Below the pieces are notes generated by a model. That model made no database searches. It worked only from the letters and a program-made list of their open reading frames with translations, and had not been told where the DNA came from. A program made the translations under genes and the position numbers. 64,000 nucleotides of DNA from Bacteroidaceae bacterium (GTDB taxonomy: Bacteria; Bacteroidota; Bacteroidia; Bacteroidales; Bacteroidaceae), in contig JAZLFZ010000076.1 in assembly GCA_045616065.1 (NCBI GenBank), forward strand, positions 20,216-84,215, given 5' to 3'. The stretch's first letter is position 1. Each line of letters begins with the position of its first letter. Below, one piece after another: positions 54,452 to 62,807 of this stretch.

Positions 54452-55186
54452 ATGAAATGCATTATATTGGCAGCGGGTTATGCCACGCGTCTGTATCCTT
54501 TGACGGAGAATTTCCCCAAACCTCTTCTCAAGGTTGGGGACAAGACTATACTCGACTGGTTGGTGGACGACATCGACGGAGCTAATCTTGTGGACGAGTA
54601 CGTCGTCATCAGTAATCATAAGTTTGCATCCCACTTTGAACAGTGGGCTGCCACGAAACAACAGAAAATCAAGGTGGTGGACGATGGTACAAGCACTAAC
54701 GAGACGCGTCTGGGTGCCGTTCGTGACATTCAGTTTGCCATTGATCAGCTGGGGCTGGACGACGATATGCTGGTCATTGCCGGCGACAACGTGCTCGACT
54801 TCAGCCTGCAGCGCTTTGTCCGTTATTCCGATGAGACGAAGACGAGTTGCGTGATGCGCTTCTTCGAGCCCAATGAGGAGCGCCTCCACAAGTGTGGCGT
54901 TCTCGAACTGGATGGCGATCGCATACTGGGCATGGAGGAGAAACCTGCTGAGCCCAAGAGTCATTGGTGCTGTCCTCCTTTTTATTTTTATACGCGCGAG
55001 AATGCCAAGTGGGTGAAGCGTGCCATCGAGGGCGGCTGCGGCGTAGACGCACCGGGCAGTTTCATTGCCTGGCTGGCGGAACAGACCACGGTTCATGCGA
55101 TGGAGATGCCCGGTCGCCGCTACGATATTGGCAATCTGCAAAGCTACGAGCAGGTGCAGCAGGAGTATCCCGGTATCGTGAAGTAG
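54452..55186 (+). CDS. Sugar-1-phosphate nucleotidyltransferase (NTP_transferase family)
   Basis: Start moved to MKCIILAAGYATRLYPLTENFPKPLLKV (G-x-G-T-R-L motif); 244 aa. Confidence 0.85.
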   Translation: MKCIILAAGYATRLYPLTENFPKPLLKVGDKTILDWLVDDIDGANLVDEYVVISNHKFASHFEQWAATKQQKIKVVDDGTSTNETRLGAVRDIQFAIDQLGLDDDMLVIAGDNVLDFSLQRFVRYSDETKTSCVMRFFEPNEERLHKCGVLELDGDRILGMEEKPAEPKSHWCCPPFYFYTRENAKWVKRAIEGGCGVDAPGSFIAWLAEQTTVHAMEMPGRRYDIGNLQSYEQVQQEYPGIVK

Positions 55187-55227
55187 GGAAAGGGCGGAAC
55201 AAGAATAAACAGTAAACAGAAGGTAAC

Positions 55228-56478
55228 GTGAAAAAGAAGGTTTTTGTATCAGGGTGCTATGACCTGTTGCACTCGGGCCATGTTGAGTTCTTCAAGCAAG
55301 CCTCGCAATATGGCGATGTGTACGTCGGTATCGGCTCGGATGCCACCTATCAGGAGTATAAGCATCGCAAGCCGATGTTCCCCGAGGAGGAGCGCCTCTT
55401 CATGGTGCAGTCGGTAAGGTATGTCAAGGAGGCGTATGTTAACGCCGGCAGTGGGGTGATAGATTTCCTTCCCACACTTGATCTCGTCAAGCCCGATATC
55501 TTCGTAGTGAATGCCGAGGGAGGCAGCGACGAGAAGCGTAAGCTCTGTGAGGCACGAGGCATCGAGTACGTCGAGTTGCAGCGCACACCCCACGAGGGTC
55601 TGGCGGCTCGCAGTTCGTCTTCGCTCAAGGCTGCCATCAGCAGTGGCGACAACGAAGCAAGGAGTGAGGGACAGAACTGTCAGATTCCTACGCGACTGGA
55701 CTTGGCCGGCACCTGGATTGACCAGCCTTACGTGTCGCAGTATCACCCGGGTTGGGCCTTGACAATTTCGCTCGAGCCCACCTTTGAGGTACGTGACCGT
55801 TGCGGCCTATCCACGTCAACCCGCAAGATTATCCAGAAGATTTGGCCCCTGAAATTGCCGAAGATGGACCCTGAGGTACTGGCACGTCTGGTGTTCTGCT
55901 TTGAGAATAGTCCCGAACGTGAGGATGGCATCATCTCGGGTGCCCAGGATGCTATCGGCATCTGTGTGCCTGGCCTGTGCCGTCATTACTACGACAACCA
56001 TTTCTGGCCCGAACGTATAGAGACCTGCAACGATGAGATGACGCTGCGTTTCCTTGAAAGTCATCTTGTTATGATTCCCATCGAACCTCGCAAGCGAGGG
56101 TGCAGTGTGGTGGATGGCAAGGCTATCAATCCCGCGAAGGTCAAGGCCTTGGCTGATGCGGCCGATGCCTGCTGGGCTGCTATTATGGCTCGCGACCTGG
56201 AGGGGTTTGCCAAGGCTTACAAGGCTTCCTACGAGGCACAAATTGCCATGTTCCCCGGTATGCTGATGCCGACCATCGACAATCCTGTGGGGGAGGGCCG
56301 TGTGAAGGACGAGAGCGTAGCCCCTCTTGTCCAGCAATACCTTCAGACACCTGGTGTGCTGGCCCTGAAGATGCCCGGTGCGGGTGGTGGCGGCTATCTG
56401 GCACTGGTAGTGGAGGATGCCGCGTCCTTCTGCCAGTCTCATCCCGAAGCGTTCCCTCTGCATATTCGCAGAGCCTGA
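55228..56478 (+). CDS. Fusion protein: cytidylyltransferase-like (HxGH) domain plus GHMP-family sugar kinase (fucokinase-like)
   Basis: GTG start per the ORF track. The N-terminal VSGCYDLLHSGHVEFF is the HxGH nucleotidyltransferase motif. The C-terminal part has IPTRLDLAGTWIDQPY and KMPGAGGGGYLALVV, GHMP motifs close to the fucokinase type. Confidence 0.8.
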   Translation: MKKKVFVSGCYDLLHSGHVEFFKQASQYGDVYVGIGSDATYQEYKHRKPMFPEEERLFMVQSVRYVKEAYVNAGSGVIDFLPTLDLVKPDIFVVNAEGGSDEKRKLCEARGIEYVELQRTPHEGLAARSSSSLKAAISSGDNEARSEGQNCQIPTRLDLAGTWIDQPYVSQYHPGWALTISLEPTFEVRDRCGLSTSTRKIIQKIWPLKLPKMDPEVLARLVFCFENSPEREDGIISGAQDAIGICVPGLCRHYYDNHFWPERIETCNDEMTLRFLESHLVMIPIEPRKRGCSVVDGKAINPAKVKALADAADACWAAIMARDLEGFAKAYKASYEAQIAMFPGMLMPTIDNPVGEGRVKDESVAPLVQQYLQTPGVLALKMPGAGGGGYLALVVEDAASFCQSHPEAFPLHIRRA

Positions 56479-56488
56479 AAGATAAAGT

Positions 56489-56535
56489 AAAAAAGCGAAG
56501 GCACGGACCATCAGGTTCGTGCCTTCGCTTTTTAC
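56489..56535. terminator. Bidirectional rho-independent terminator
   Basis: Stem aaaagcgaaggcacg / cgtgccttcgctttt between convergent genes. Confidence 0.85.
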
Positions 56536-56566
56536 GTATGTTAACCCCGCTTGACGAGGGCTGCAT

Positions 56567-56944
56567 CTACTGTTTGTCGGCTTCTTCTTTCTCCCAGGCT
56601 TCCCATTCCTCCTGCGCCTTCTTCCAGTCGGTCTGTTCGCCACTGGCAATGGCAGCGGCTTCGGCCTCGGCTGCGTCGCGAGCCTTGTCGCGTGCCCGCT
56701 TGGCCTTCATGGCCTCGATGGTGGCATCGTCCAGGATCTGGATGCGTCCGCGCTCCAGACACTGCTGCAGCTCCTCGTATCCGAAGGCTTTGCCAGGCTC
56801 GTTGAAGTCGGAGATGTTGAACTCGTAGTTGACGCGCAACTCGTGTCGGATCAGCTTCTGCTGGAAGCGCGTGCCAGAGGCTTTGCGCTTCAGCAGTTTG
56901 CCGATCTTTTCTATTTCGCTCTGCGAATACTTGTTGCGACCCAT
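56567..56944 (-). CDS. Hypothetical 125-aa protein, basic N-half and acidic helical C-half
   Basis: Its ATG at 56944 directly abuts the GH51 stop codon (56945-56947). The C-terminal part is KRARDKARDAAEAEAAAIASGEQTDWKKAQEEWEAWEKEEADKQ. No family recognised. Confidence 0.55.
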   Translation of the reverse strand: MGRNKYSQSEIEKIGKLLKRKASGTRFQQKLIRHELRVNYEFNISDFNEPGKAFGYEELQQCLERGRIQILDDATIEAMKAKRARDKARDAAEAEAAAIASGEQTDWKKAQEEWEAWEKEEADKQ

Positions 56945-58954
56945 TTAGAGACTGATGGTGTACATCACGAGGCCGTGGGCGGGAACCTCGACGGTCATCT
57001 TCTTGGCAGCCTTGGCGTTCTCCTTCTTGGGCTCAACGGGATGCTTGTCGTAGTTGTTCTCTGCATCGAGTGCACCCTCGAGGGTAGTCTTCACAGCGTT
57101 GGCCTTTACGGAGAAGCGGCTCAGGTCGACGTCAGCCTTGATGGCGTTGTCGGTCATGTTGCCCACCTTGACGAAGAGCTTGCGGTCCTTGACGTTCAGG
57201 ATAACCGACTGGCCCAGCTTATGGTTCTTGAACTCGTCGTCGCCGCCCTCGAACTTCACGCAGTCGCCGTAGTAGTACTGACCGCTTGACTGTCCGAACA
57301 TCTGCTGCACGTAGTATGAGCAGGTAAAGAAGGGACGCTCGTTGTCAAAGTAAATCATATCGGGATTCCAGTTCGTGTTGTGCTTGTAGGCAAAGAGGGG
57401 AGCGTAAGAGGTCATCACCACCTTGTCGGCATTGCGCTCCACGTGCATCAGATAGATGGCCTCTGCCAGGGCGTCGCCCCACTGGTTCATCTGGCCGTGG
57501 CCCTTGTCCTGTACGGAGTACTCACCGAGGTAGACCTTGCACTTCTTGTCCTTGTAGAACTCGTTGTCATACTGGCGGCTGTCGATGAACTGCTGACGGG
57601 GATCGTAGTAGTGCTCGTCGATGATGGGCAGACCAATCTCCTCGGCCAGCTTCCACGCTGCCTCGTAGTCCTGGTTGCCAGCGTGTGAGCCGGGACCGGC
57701 GGTACCCACGATGACGATCTCGGGATAAGCCTTGGTCACCTTGTCGTACATATACTTGAAGCGCTCGATGAACTCGGGAGAGATCTTCTCCTCGTTACCG
57801 ATACCCAGATACTTCAGGTTGAAGGGAGCAGGATGACCGGCAGCGGCACGTACGGCACCCCACTTGGTGGTCACGTCGCCGTTAGCCCACTCGATGAGGT
57901 CGAGGGCATCCTGTACCCACTCGTCCATCTCGTCCATGGGTACTGCCTTCTGAGCCTGCTTGGGCCACATGCCCCAACCACCGTTCACACCCTGACAGCT
58001 CACGCCACAGGGAAGGATGGGCAGGGGCTGCATCTTCATGTCCTCGCACAGCTGGAAGTACTCGAAATAGCCTACCTCCATTGACTGGCCGTAGCCCCAG
58101 GTGTTCTTCAGCGCCTTGCGGGTCTCCTTGGGACCTACGGTTGTCTTCCAGCGATAGGTGTCCCAGAAGCCGTCGCCACCACCGTGAGCCACGCAGCCGC
58201 CGGGGAAGCGCATGAACTTGGGATTCAGACCCTCAAGTGCCTCAGCCAGATCCTTGCGGATGCCATGGCCGTGGTAGGTATCCTGGGGAACGAGGTTGAC
58301 CATGTCGACGTCCAGCTCACCCATTTCGAGCACGAGCAGCTGCAGCATGGCGTTCTTGCAGTCCTCGCTGGCCGTCAGCACAGCCTCGTACTTCTGCCAT
58401 TCGCGGTCGTAGACGTTCAGCGTGGCTTCGGCCAGGATCTTGGGCTTGCGACCCGGCTCTGCCAGTACGATGCGTACGGGCTTGCCCTTGCCGCTGACGT
58501 TGCGCATGAAGACGCTGAAGTTGTACTTGGCACCGGCCTTGATATTCATGCCGTTGTAACCATTGTTCTGCATGCCGACACCCGTCCAGCCGTCAAAGTC
58601 GTCGTAGTGACCGATGCGCTCGGCATAGATGCGCATGTAGGTGGGGTTGTTAGAGTGGATGGGGTTCTGCTGGCCGAAGTTGATGTAGCCAGCCGAATGA
58701 CCGGGACGCTGGAAGATCCAGCAAGTACCGGGGCCCCAACCGTCGCGAATCTGGGGACTGTACTCGAACGAGCCGTTCTGAACGAGGTTGGCGTTCAGAC
58801 CTCCGTCGGTAGCCGAGCTGATATCCTCAAAGAAGATACCGATGAGTTCGTCACTAATGGCCTTGCCTCCCTTTGGAGCCTGCATCGCCTTCTGCGCGCT
58901 GGCTGTCAGGGCGGCACCCATCATTACCATTCCCAAAGCATTACGTAGTTTCAT
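56945..58954 (-). CDS. GH51-type alpha-L-arabinofuranosidase with N-terminal CBM-like domain
   Basis: 669 aa with a signal peptide. It has GGLNANLVQNGSFEY (CBM4/9-like), then MRFPGGCVAHGG...YRWKTTVGPKETR and YLGIGNEE (acid/base region). Confidence 0.88.
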   Translation of the reverse strand: MKLRNALGMVMMGAALTASAQKAMQAPKGGKAISDELIGIFFEDISSATDGGLNANLVQNGSFEYSPQIRDGWGPGTCWIFQRPGHSAGYINFGQQNPIHSNNPTYMRIYAERIGHYDDFDGWTGVGMQNNGYNGMNIKAGAKYNFSVFMRNVSGKGKPVRIVLAEPGRKPKILAEATLNVYDREWQKYEAVLTASEDCKNAMLQLLVLEMGELDVDMVNLVPQDTYHGHGIRKDLAEALEGLNPKFMRFPGGCVAHGGGDGFWDTYRWKTTVGPKETRKALKNTWGYGQSMEVGYFEYFQLCEDMKMQPLPILPCGVSCQGVNGGWGMWPKQAQKAVPMDEMDEWVQDALDLIEWANGDVTTKWGAVRAAAGHPAPFNLKYLGIGNEEKISPEFIERFKYMYDKVTKAYPEIVIVGTAGPGSHAGNQDYEAAWKLAEEIGLPIIDEHYYDPRQQFIDSRQYDNEFYKDKKCKVYLGEYSVQDKGHGQMNQWGDALAEAIYLMHVERNADKVVMTSYAPLFAYKHNTNWNPDMIYFDNERPFFTCSYYVQQMFGQSSGQYYYGDCVKFEGGDDEFKNHKLGQSVILNVKDRKLFVKVGNMTDNAIKADVDLSRFSVKANAVKTTLEGALDAENNYDKHPVEPKKENAKAAKKMTVEVPAHGLVMYTISL

Positions 58955-59037
58955 GTTTTGATTGTTGTTATTGTTAAGTATTAGACAAATTCATAATTGC
59001 ATAATTGCATGTTGTAATTGCAACTGCATTTTCATTG

Positions 59038-59045
59038 CAAAGATA
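59038..59045 (-). promoter_or_regulatory. -7 box TATCTTTG for the GH51 gene
   Basis: Reverse complement of caaagata, 84 nt upstream of the ATG at 58954. Confidence 0.45.
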
Positions 59046-59151
59046 ACAAAAAATATCATAAATAGCCCTATTAATATATAATAATGTATAATAATATATG
59101 TATTTTCTTCTAAAACGTACTAAAGTCTTTGGTTTTTTTGCCTATTATGAT

Positions 59152-59159
59152 TAATTTTG
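59152..59159 (+). promoter_or_regulatory. -7 box TAATTTTG for the P-type ATPase gene
   Basis: It lies 71 nt upstream of the ATG at 59230. Confidence 0.4.
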
Positions 59160-59229
59160 TGGTTTGTAAGAGCAGCTTCGTCCCCAAAGCGGGGGTGTCG
59201 CGTGTAGATTATCATATTACTCAGTTAAC

Positions 59230-61983
59230 ATGTCAAGCCAAAAGTACTATAACGACCTGTGCCTTGATGCCTTGAGTGAGAAGGTGCAGCAAGGGCAGGG
59301 ACGCAACATCATTCCGCCTCCTGAACGCGAACCGTTGTGGAAGGGATTTCTCGAGAAATTCAAGGATCCTCTTATTATTATTCTGCTTATTGTCTTCTGC
59401 TTCTCCACGGCCGTATCGGTATATGAATTCAACCAAGGAAAAGGCGTGGAGGTGCTCATCGAGCCTCTCGGCGTGCTGGTGGCCTTGCTGCTGGCCACGG
59501 GTGTCGGCTTCATATTTGAGGTACGTGCCGCCCGCGAGTTTGATGTGCTCAACAAGGTCAAGGATCACCGCAAGGTGAAGGTCTCGCGTCGTGTCAACGG
59601 CAAGGTACGCCGGATGGAGATCTCCAAAAGTGATGTTTGTGTGGGCGATGTCGTATGGCTTGAGGGAGGCGATGAAGTGCCGGCCGACGGCATCCTCTTG
59701 CATAGCAATGCCCTGCGAGTGGACGAGTCCAATTTTACGGGTGAACCATACGCCAACAAGAACGCCGAACCCACTGCCGTTCATGAGGAAGCGGCCTATC
59801 CTGCCAACCGCATGCTGCGCAACAGCATCGTCATCGAGGGCTCGGCCGTGATGCACGTCGAAGCTGTCGGAGTAGACACCGAAGAAGGGAGGGGCGTGAT
59901 GCGCAGTGCTGAGGGAAGCGATGTCAAGACTCCGCTCAGCCAGCAGCTCGACCGCCTGGGACGCTACATCTCCGTGGCCAGCTTTGTCATAGCAGCTCTC
60001 ATCGTCGCTGGGCGAATGCTCTATTTCTTCCTGCATCTTCCTGCGGGGCAGTTCGACTGGATATCCTTTGCCGACACGCTTCTCAGCAGCATCATGATTG
60101 CCGTCACCCTTATTGTGGTGGCCGTGCCCGAGGGATTGCCGCTCAGCATCACGCTCAGCCTCGCCCTTAGCATGCGTCAGATGCTCAAGCAGAAGAACCT
60201 CGTACGTAAGCTTCATGCCTGCGAGACGATGGGGGCCACCACCGTCATCTGCACCGACAAGACGGGTACGCTGACGCAGAACCGTATGCGCGTTACCGAG
60301 CAGCATTTCTACGATGCGCCCATCAGCCTTGTGACCACTGCCATAGCGGCCAACAGCACGGCTGAACTGGGAATTGATGAGAAGACGGGCGAGCGGCTCC
60401 CTATCGGTAATCCCACCGAAGGTGCCCTGCTGGGCTGGATTCAGGATCAAGGCTTGGATTACAGTCTGTTGCGTGATGCTTGCAACGTCCGCTCCTCGGT
60501 ACCGTTCTCTACCGAACGCAAGATGATGGAGACCACGGTGCAGGTTGACTGGCAGCAGATCCCCGCTGCTATGGAAGTGCAACCAGCGGGCTCGCTGCGT
60601 TTCGTCAAGGGAGCTCCCGAGATTGTGCTCGACATGTGCGAGGCGTTACCCGTAGGCCTGCAGCGAGAAGACGTACAGGCACAGCTCCTGGCTATGCAGG
60701 ACCATGCTATGCGCACGCTGGCCTTTGCCTGGCAGGAGGAAGGCAAGCCCCTGATGCTTATGGGTGTTGTGGGCATTGCCGACCCCGTTCGCGAGGACGT
60801 GCCTGCCGCCATCTCCATTTGCCGTCACGAGGCTCACGTACGAGTTATCATCGTCACGGGCGACACTTCCGGAACGGCACTTGAGATAGGACGTCAGGTG
60901 GGGCTCATCCGGGAGGGTGACGGTTCGCTCTCAGTCACGGGTCAGGAGTTTGCCTCGATGAGCGATGATGCTGCCAAGTCCTTGCTGGCCGATCCCGCCT
61001 TCAAGGTCATCTGCCGTGCGCGTCCCGACGACAAGGCTCGCCTCGTCATGCTGCTCCAGGAGTTGGGCGAGGTCGTTGCCGTAACGGGCGATGGCACCAA
61101 CGATGCACCCGCCCTGAGTAAGGCCCAGGTGGGACTGTCGATGGGCGACGGAACCTCGCGTGCCAAGGAGGCCAGCGACATCACCATCATCGACAATTCC
61201 TTCTCGAGCATCAACAACGCCATTATGTGGGGACGTTCCTTGTACTTGAATATCAAGCGCTTCATCCTCTTCCAGATGACCATTAACGTCAGTGCTTGTC
61301 TCATCGTCCTACTCGGTGCTTTCATGGGTCTTGACTCGCCCCTCACCGTCACGCAGATGCTGTGGGTCAATCTTATCATGGACACCTTTGCTGCCATTGC
61401 ACTCTCTTCCTTGCCTGCCGATCCGCAGACGCTGCATCATCGTCCGCGCAATCCAAAGTCGAACATCATCGACCGTGGCATGGCCTGGCGCACGCTTGGC
61501 GTAGGCTTTGTCCTCTTTGCTGTGATGGGTGCCCTGTGGCAACTCATGTGGCACATGGACATCCGCCATATTTCCGACATCTTCCGGGGCGGAAACTGGC
61601 AGGCATTGCCCAGCTACCTCTTCGACCTTGGACATAAGACCGAACCTTCGGCCGCGGAGAAGAGTATCTTTTTTACCATCTTCATTATGCTCCAGTTCTG
61701 GAACATCTTCAATGCCCGCTATTACCGCACAGACCGTAGCCTTTTGCTCGATCTCTTTGACATGCTGCGTGGCAACGGCCGTTGGCGCAACTCTTTCAGC
61801 AAGGGGTTTGTCGGTGTGGTGCTGGCCATCTTGCTTGGGCAGATTCTAATCGTGGAATGTGGCGGCGATATGTTCAATACCACCCCATTGAGTCTTTACG
61901 AGTGGATCTGGGTCATTGCCAGTGCCTCGCTTGTTATGTGGATTCCTGATTTTTGGAGAACAATAAAACTATGCAGAAAATAG
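59230..61983 (+). CDS. Calcium-translocating P-type ATPase (P2 type)
   Basis: 917 aa with phosphorylation site ICTDKTGTLTQN, hinge VTGDGTNDAPALSKA, PEGLP in M4 and cation-ATPase N- and C-terminal domains. Confidence 0.93.
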   Translation: MSSQKYYNDLCLDALSEKVQQGQGRNIIPPPEREPLWKGFLEKFKDPLIIILLIVFCFSTAVSVYEFNQGKGVEVLIEPLGVLVALLLATGVGFIFEVRAAREFDVLNKVKDHRKVKVSRRVNGKVRRMEISKSDVCVGDVVWLEGGDEVPADGILLHSNALRVDESNFTGEPYANKNAEPTAVHEEAAYPANRMLRNSIVIEGSAVMHVEAVGVDTEEGRGVMRSAEGSDVKTPLSQQLDRLGRYISVASFVIAALIVAGRMLYFFLHLPAGQFDWISFADTLLSSIMIAVTLIVVAVPEGLPLSITLSLALSMRQMLKQKNLVRKLHACETMGATTVICTDKTGTLTQNRMRVTEQHFYDAPISLVTTAIAANSTAELGIDEKTGERLPIGNPTEGALLGWIQDQGLDYSLLRDACNVRSSVPFSTERKMMETTVQVDWQQIPAAMEVQPAGSLRFVKGAPEIVLDMCEALPVGLQREDVQAQLLAMQDHAMRTLAFAWQEEGKPLMLMGVVGIADPVREDVPAAISICRHEAHVRVIIVTGDTSGTALEIGRQVGLIREGDGSLSVTGQEFASMSDDAAKSLLADPAFKVICRARPDDKARLVMLLQELGEVVAVTGDGTNDAPALSKAQVGLSMGDGTSRAKEASDITIIDNSFSSINNAIMWGRSLYLNIKRFILFQMTINVSACLIVLLGAFMGLDSPLTVTQMLWVNLIMDTFAAIALSSLPADPQTLHHRPRNPKSNIIDRGMAWRTLGVGFVLFAVMGALWQLMWHMDIRHISDIFRGGNWQALPSYLFDLGHKTEPSAAEKSIFFTIFIMLQFWNIFNARYYRTDRSLLLDLFDMLRGNGRWRNSFSKGFVGVVLAILLGQILIVECGGDMFNTTPLSLYEWIWVIASASLVMWIPDFWRTIKLCRK

Positions 61984-62792
61984 CAGTTATTACAGGTGCT
62001 TCGTCCGGCATCGGACGTGCCAGCGCCACTATGTTGGTAGCCCGTGGCTATCGTGTCTACGACCTCTCACGTACTGAGAATCCGCAACCGGGTGTGCAAC
62101 ATATCTATTGCGACGTCATGAAGACCGACACCATCCAGTCCGCCATGCGCCAGATCGGTGAGGAGTGCGGACGCATTGACATCCTGCTTCTGTCAGCCGG
62201 TTTTGGTATTGCCGGTGCCATCGAGTTCACGCAGGAGAGTGAGATGCAACGTCAGTTCGACGTCAATGTCTACGGCCCCATCCGTGTTATTCAGGCAGCA
62301 CTTCCCCTCATGCGCACACAACCCCTGCAAGAGCCTGGCACGGGTCTCTGCAAGCGCAGGGAGCGTGGCCGTATCGTCTTCATCAGCAGCATGGCCGCCG
62401 TCTTCAGCATCCCCTTCCAAAGCATGTATTCGGCCAGCAAGGCAGCTATCAACTCATACGCCTTTGCCCTGCGCAACGAGCTGAAGCACTACGACATCAA
62501 GGTGTCGTGCGTCATGCCGGGCGACGTGCATACCAACTTCAAACGTTCCACCGACCTCAACGGTTCCGACGTCTATCCGCAAATGAAGCCTGCCATCGAG
62601 CAGATGATACACGACGAGGAGCACGGACTGACCAGCGAGGCCGTGGCACGTCAGGTCATGAAGGCTTGTCTGCGTCGCAGTCCCCGTCTTTATTATACTT
62701 CCGATTTTCTTTCCGACCTTGAGTGCATCGCCAAGCGAGTGGTCAGCAACAACCTGGCCAACCGCATCGTCGGCATGATGTACCATGCATAA
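61971..62792 (+). CDS. Short-chain dehydrogenase/reductase (SDR)
   Basis: The start is taken at MQKIAVITGASSGIGRA, overlapping the ATPase stop by 13 nt. The catalytic motif is YSASKAA. Confidence 0.88.
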   Translation: MQKIAVITGASSGIGRASATMLVARGYRVYDLSRTENPQPGVQHIYCDVMKTDTIQSAMRQIGEECGRIDILLLSAGFGIAGAIEFTQESEMQRQFDVNVYGPIRVIQAALPLMRTQPLQEPGTGLCKRRERGRIVFISSMAAVFSIPFQSMYSASKAAINSYAFALRNELKHYDIKVSCVMPGDVHTNFKRSTDLNGSDVYPQMKPAIEQMIHDEEHGLTSEAVARQVMKACLRRSPRLYYTSDFLSDLECIAKRVVSNNLANRIVGMMYHA

Positions 62793-62807
62793 GGTTGTTC
62801 ATCTTTT

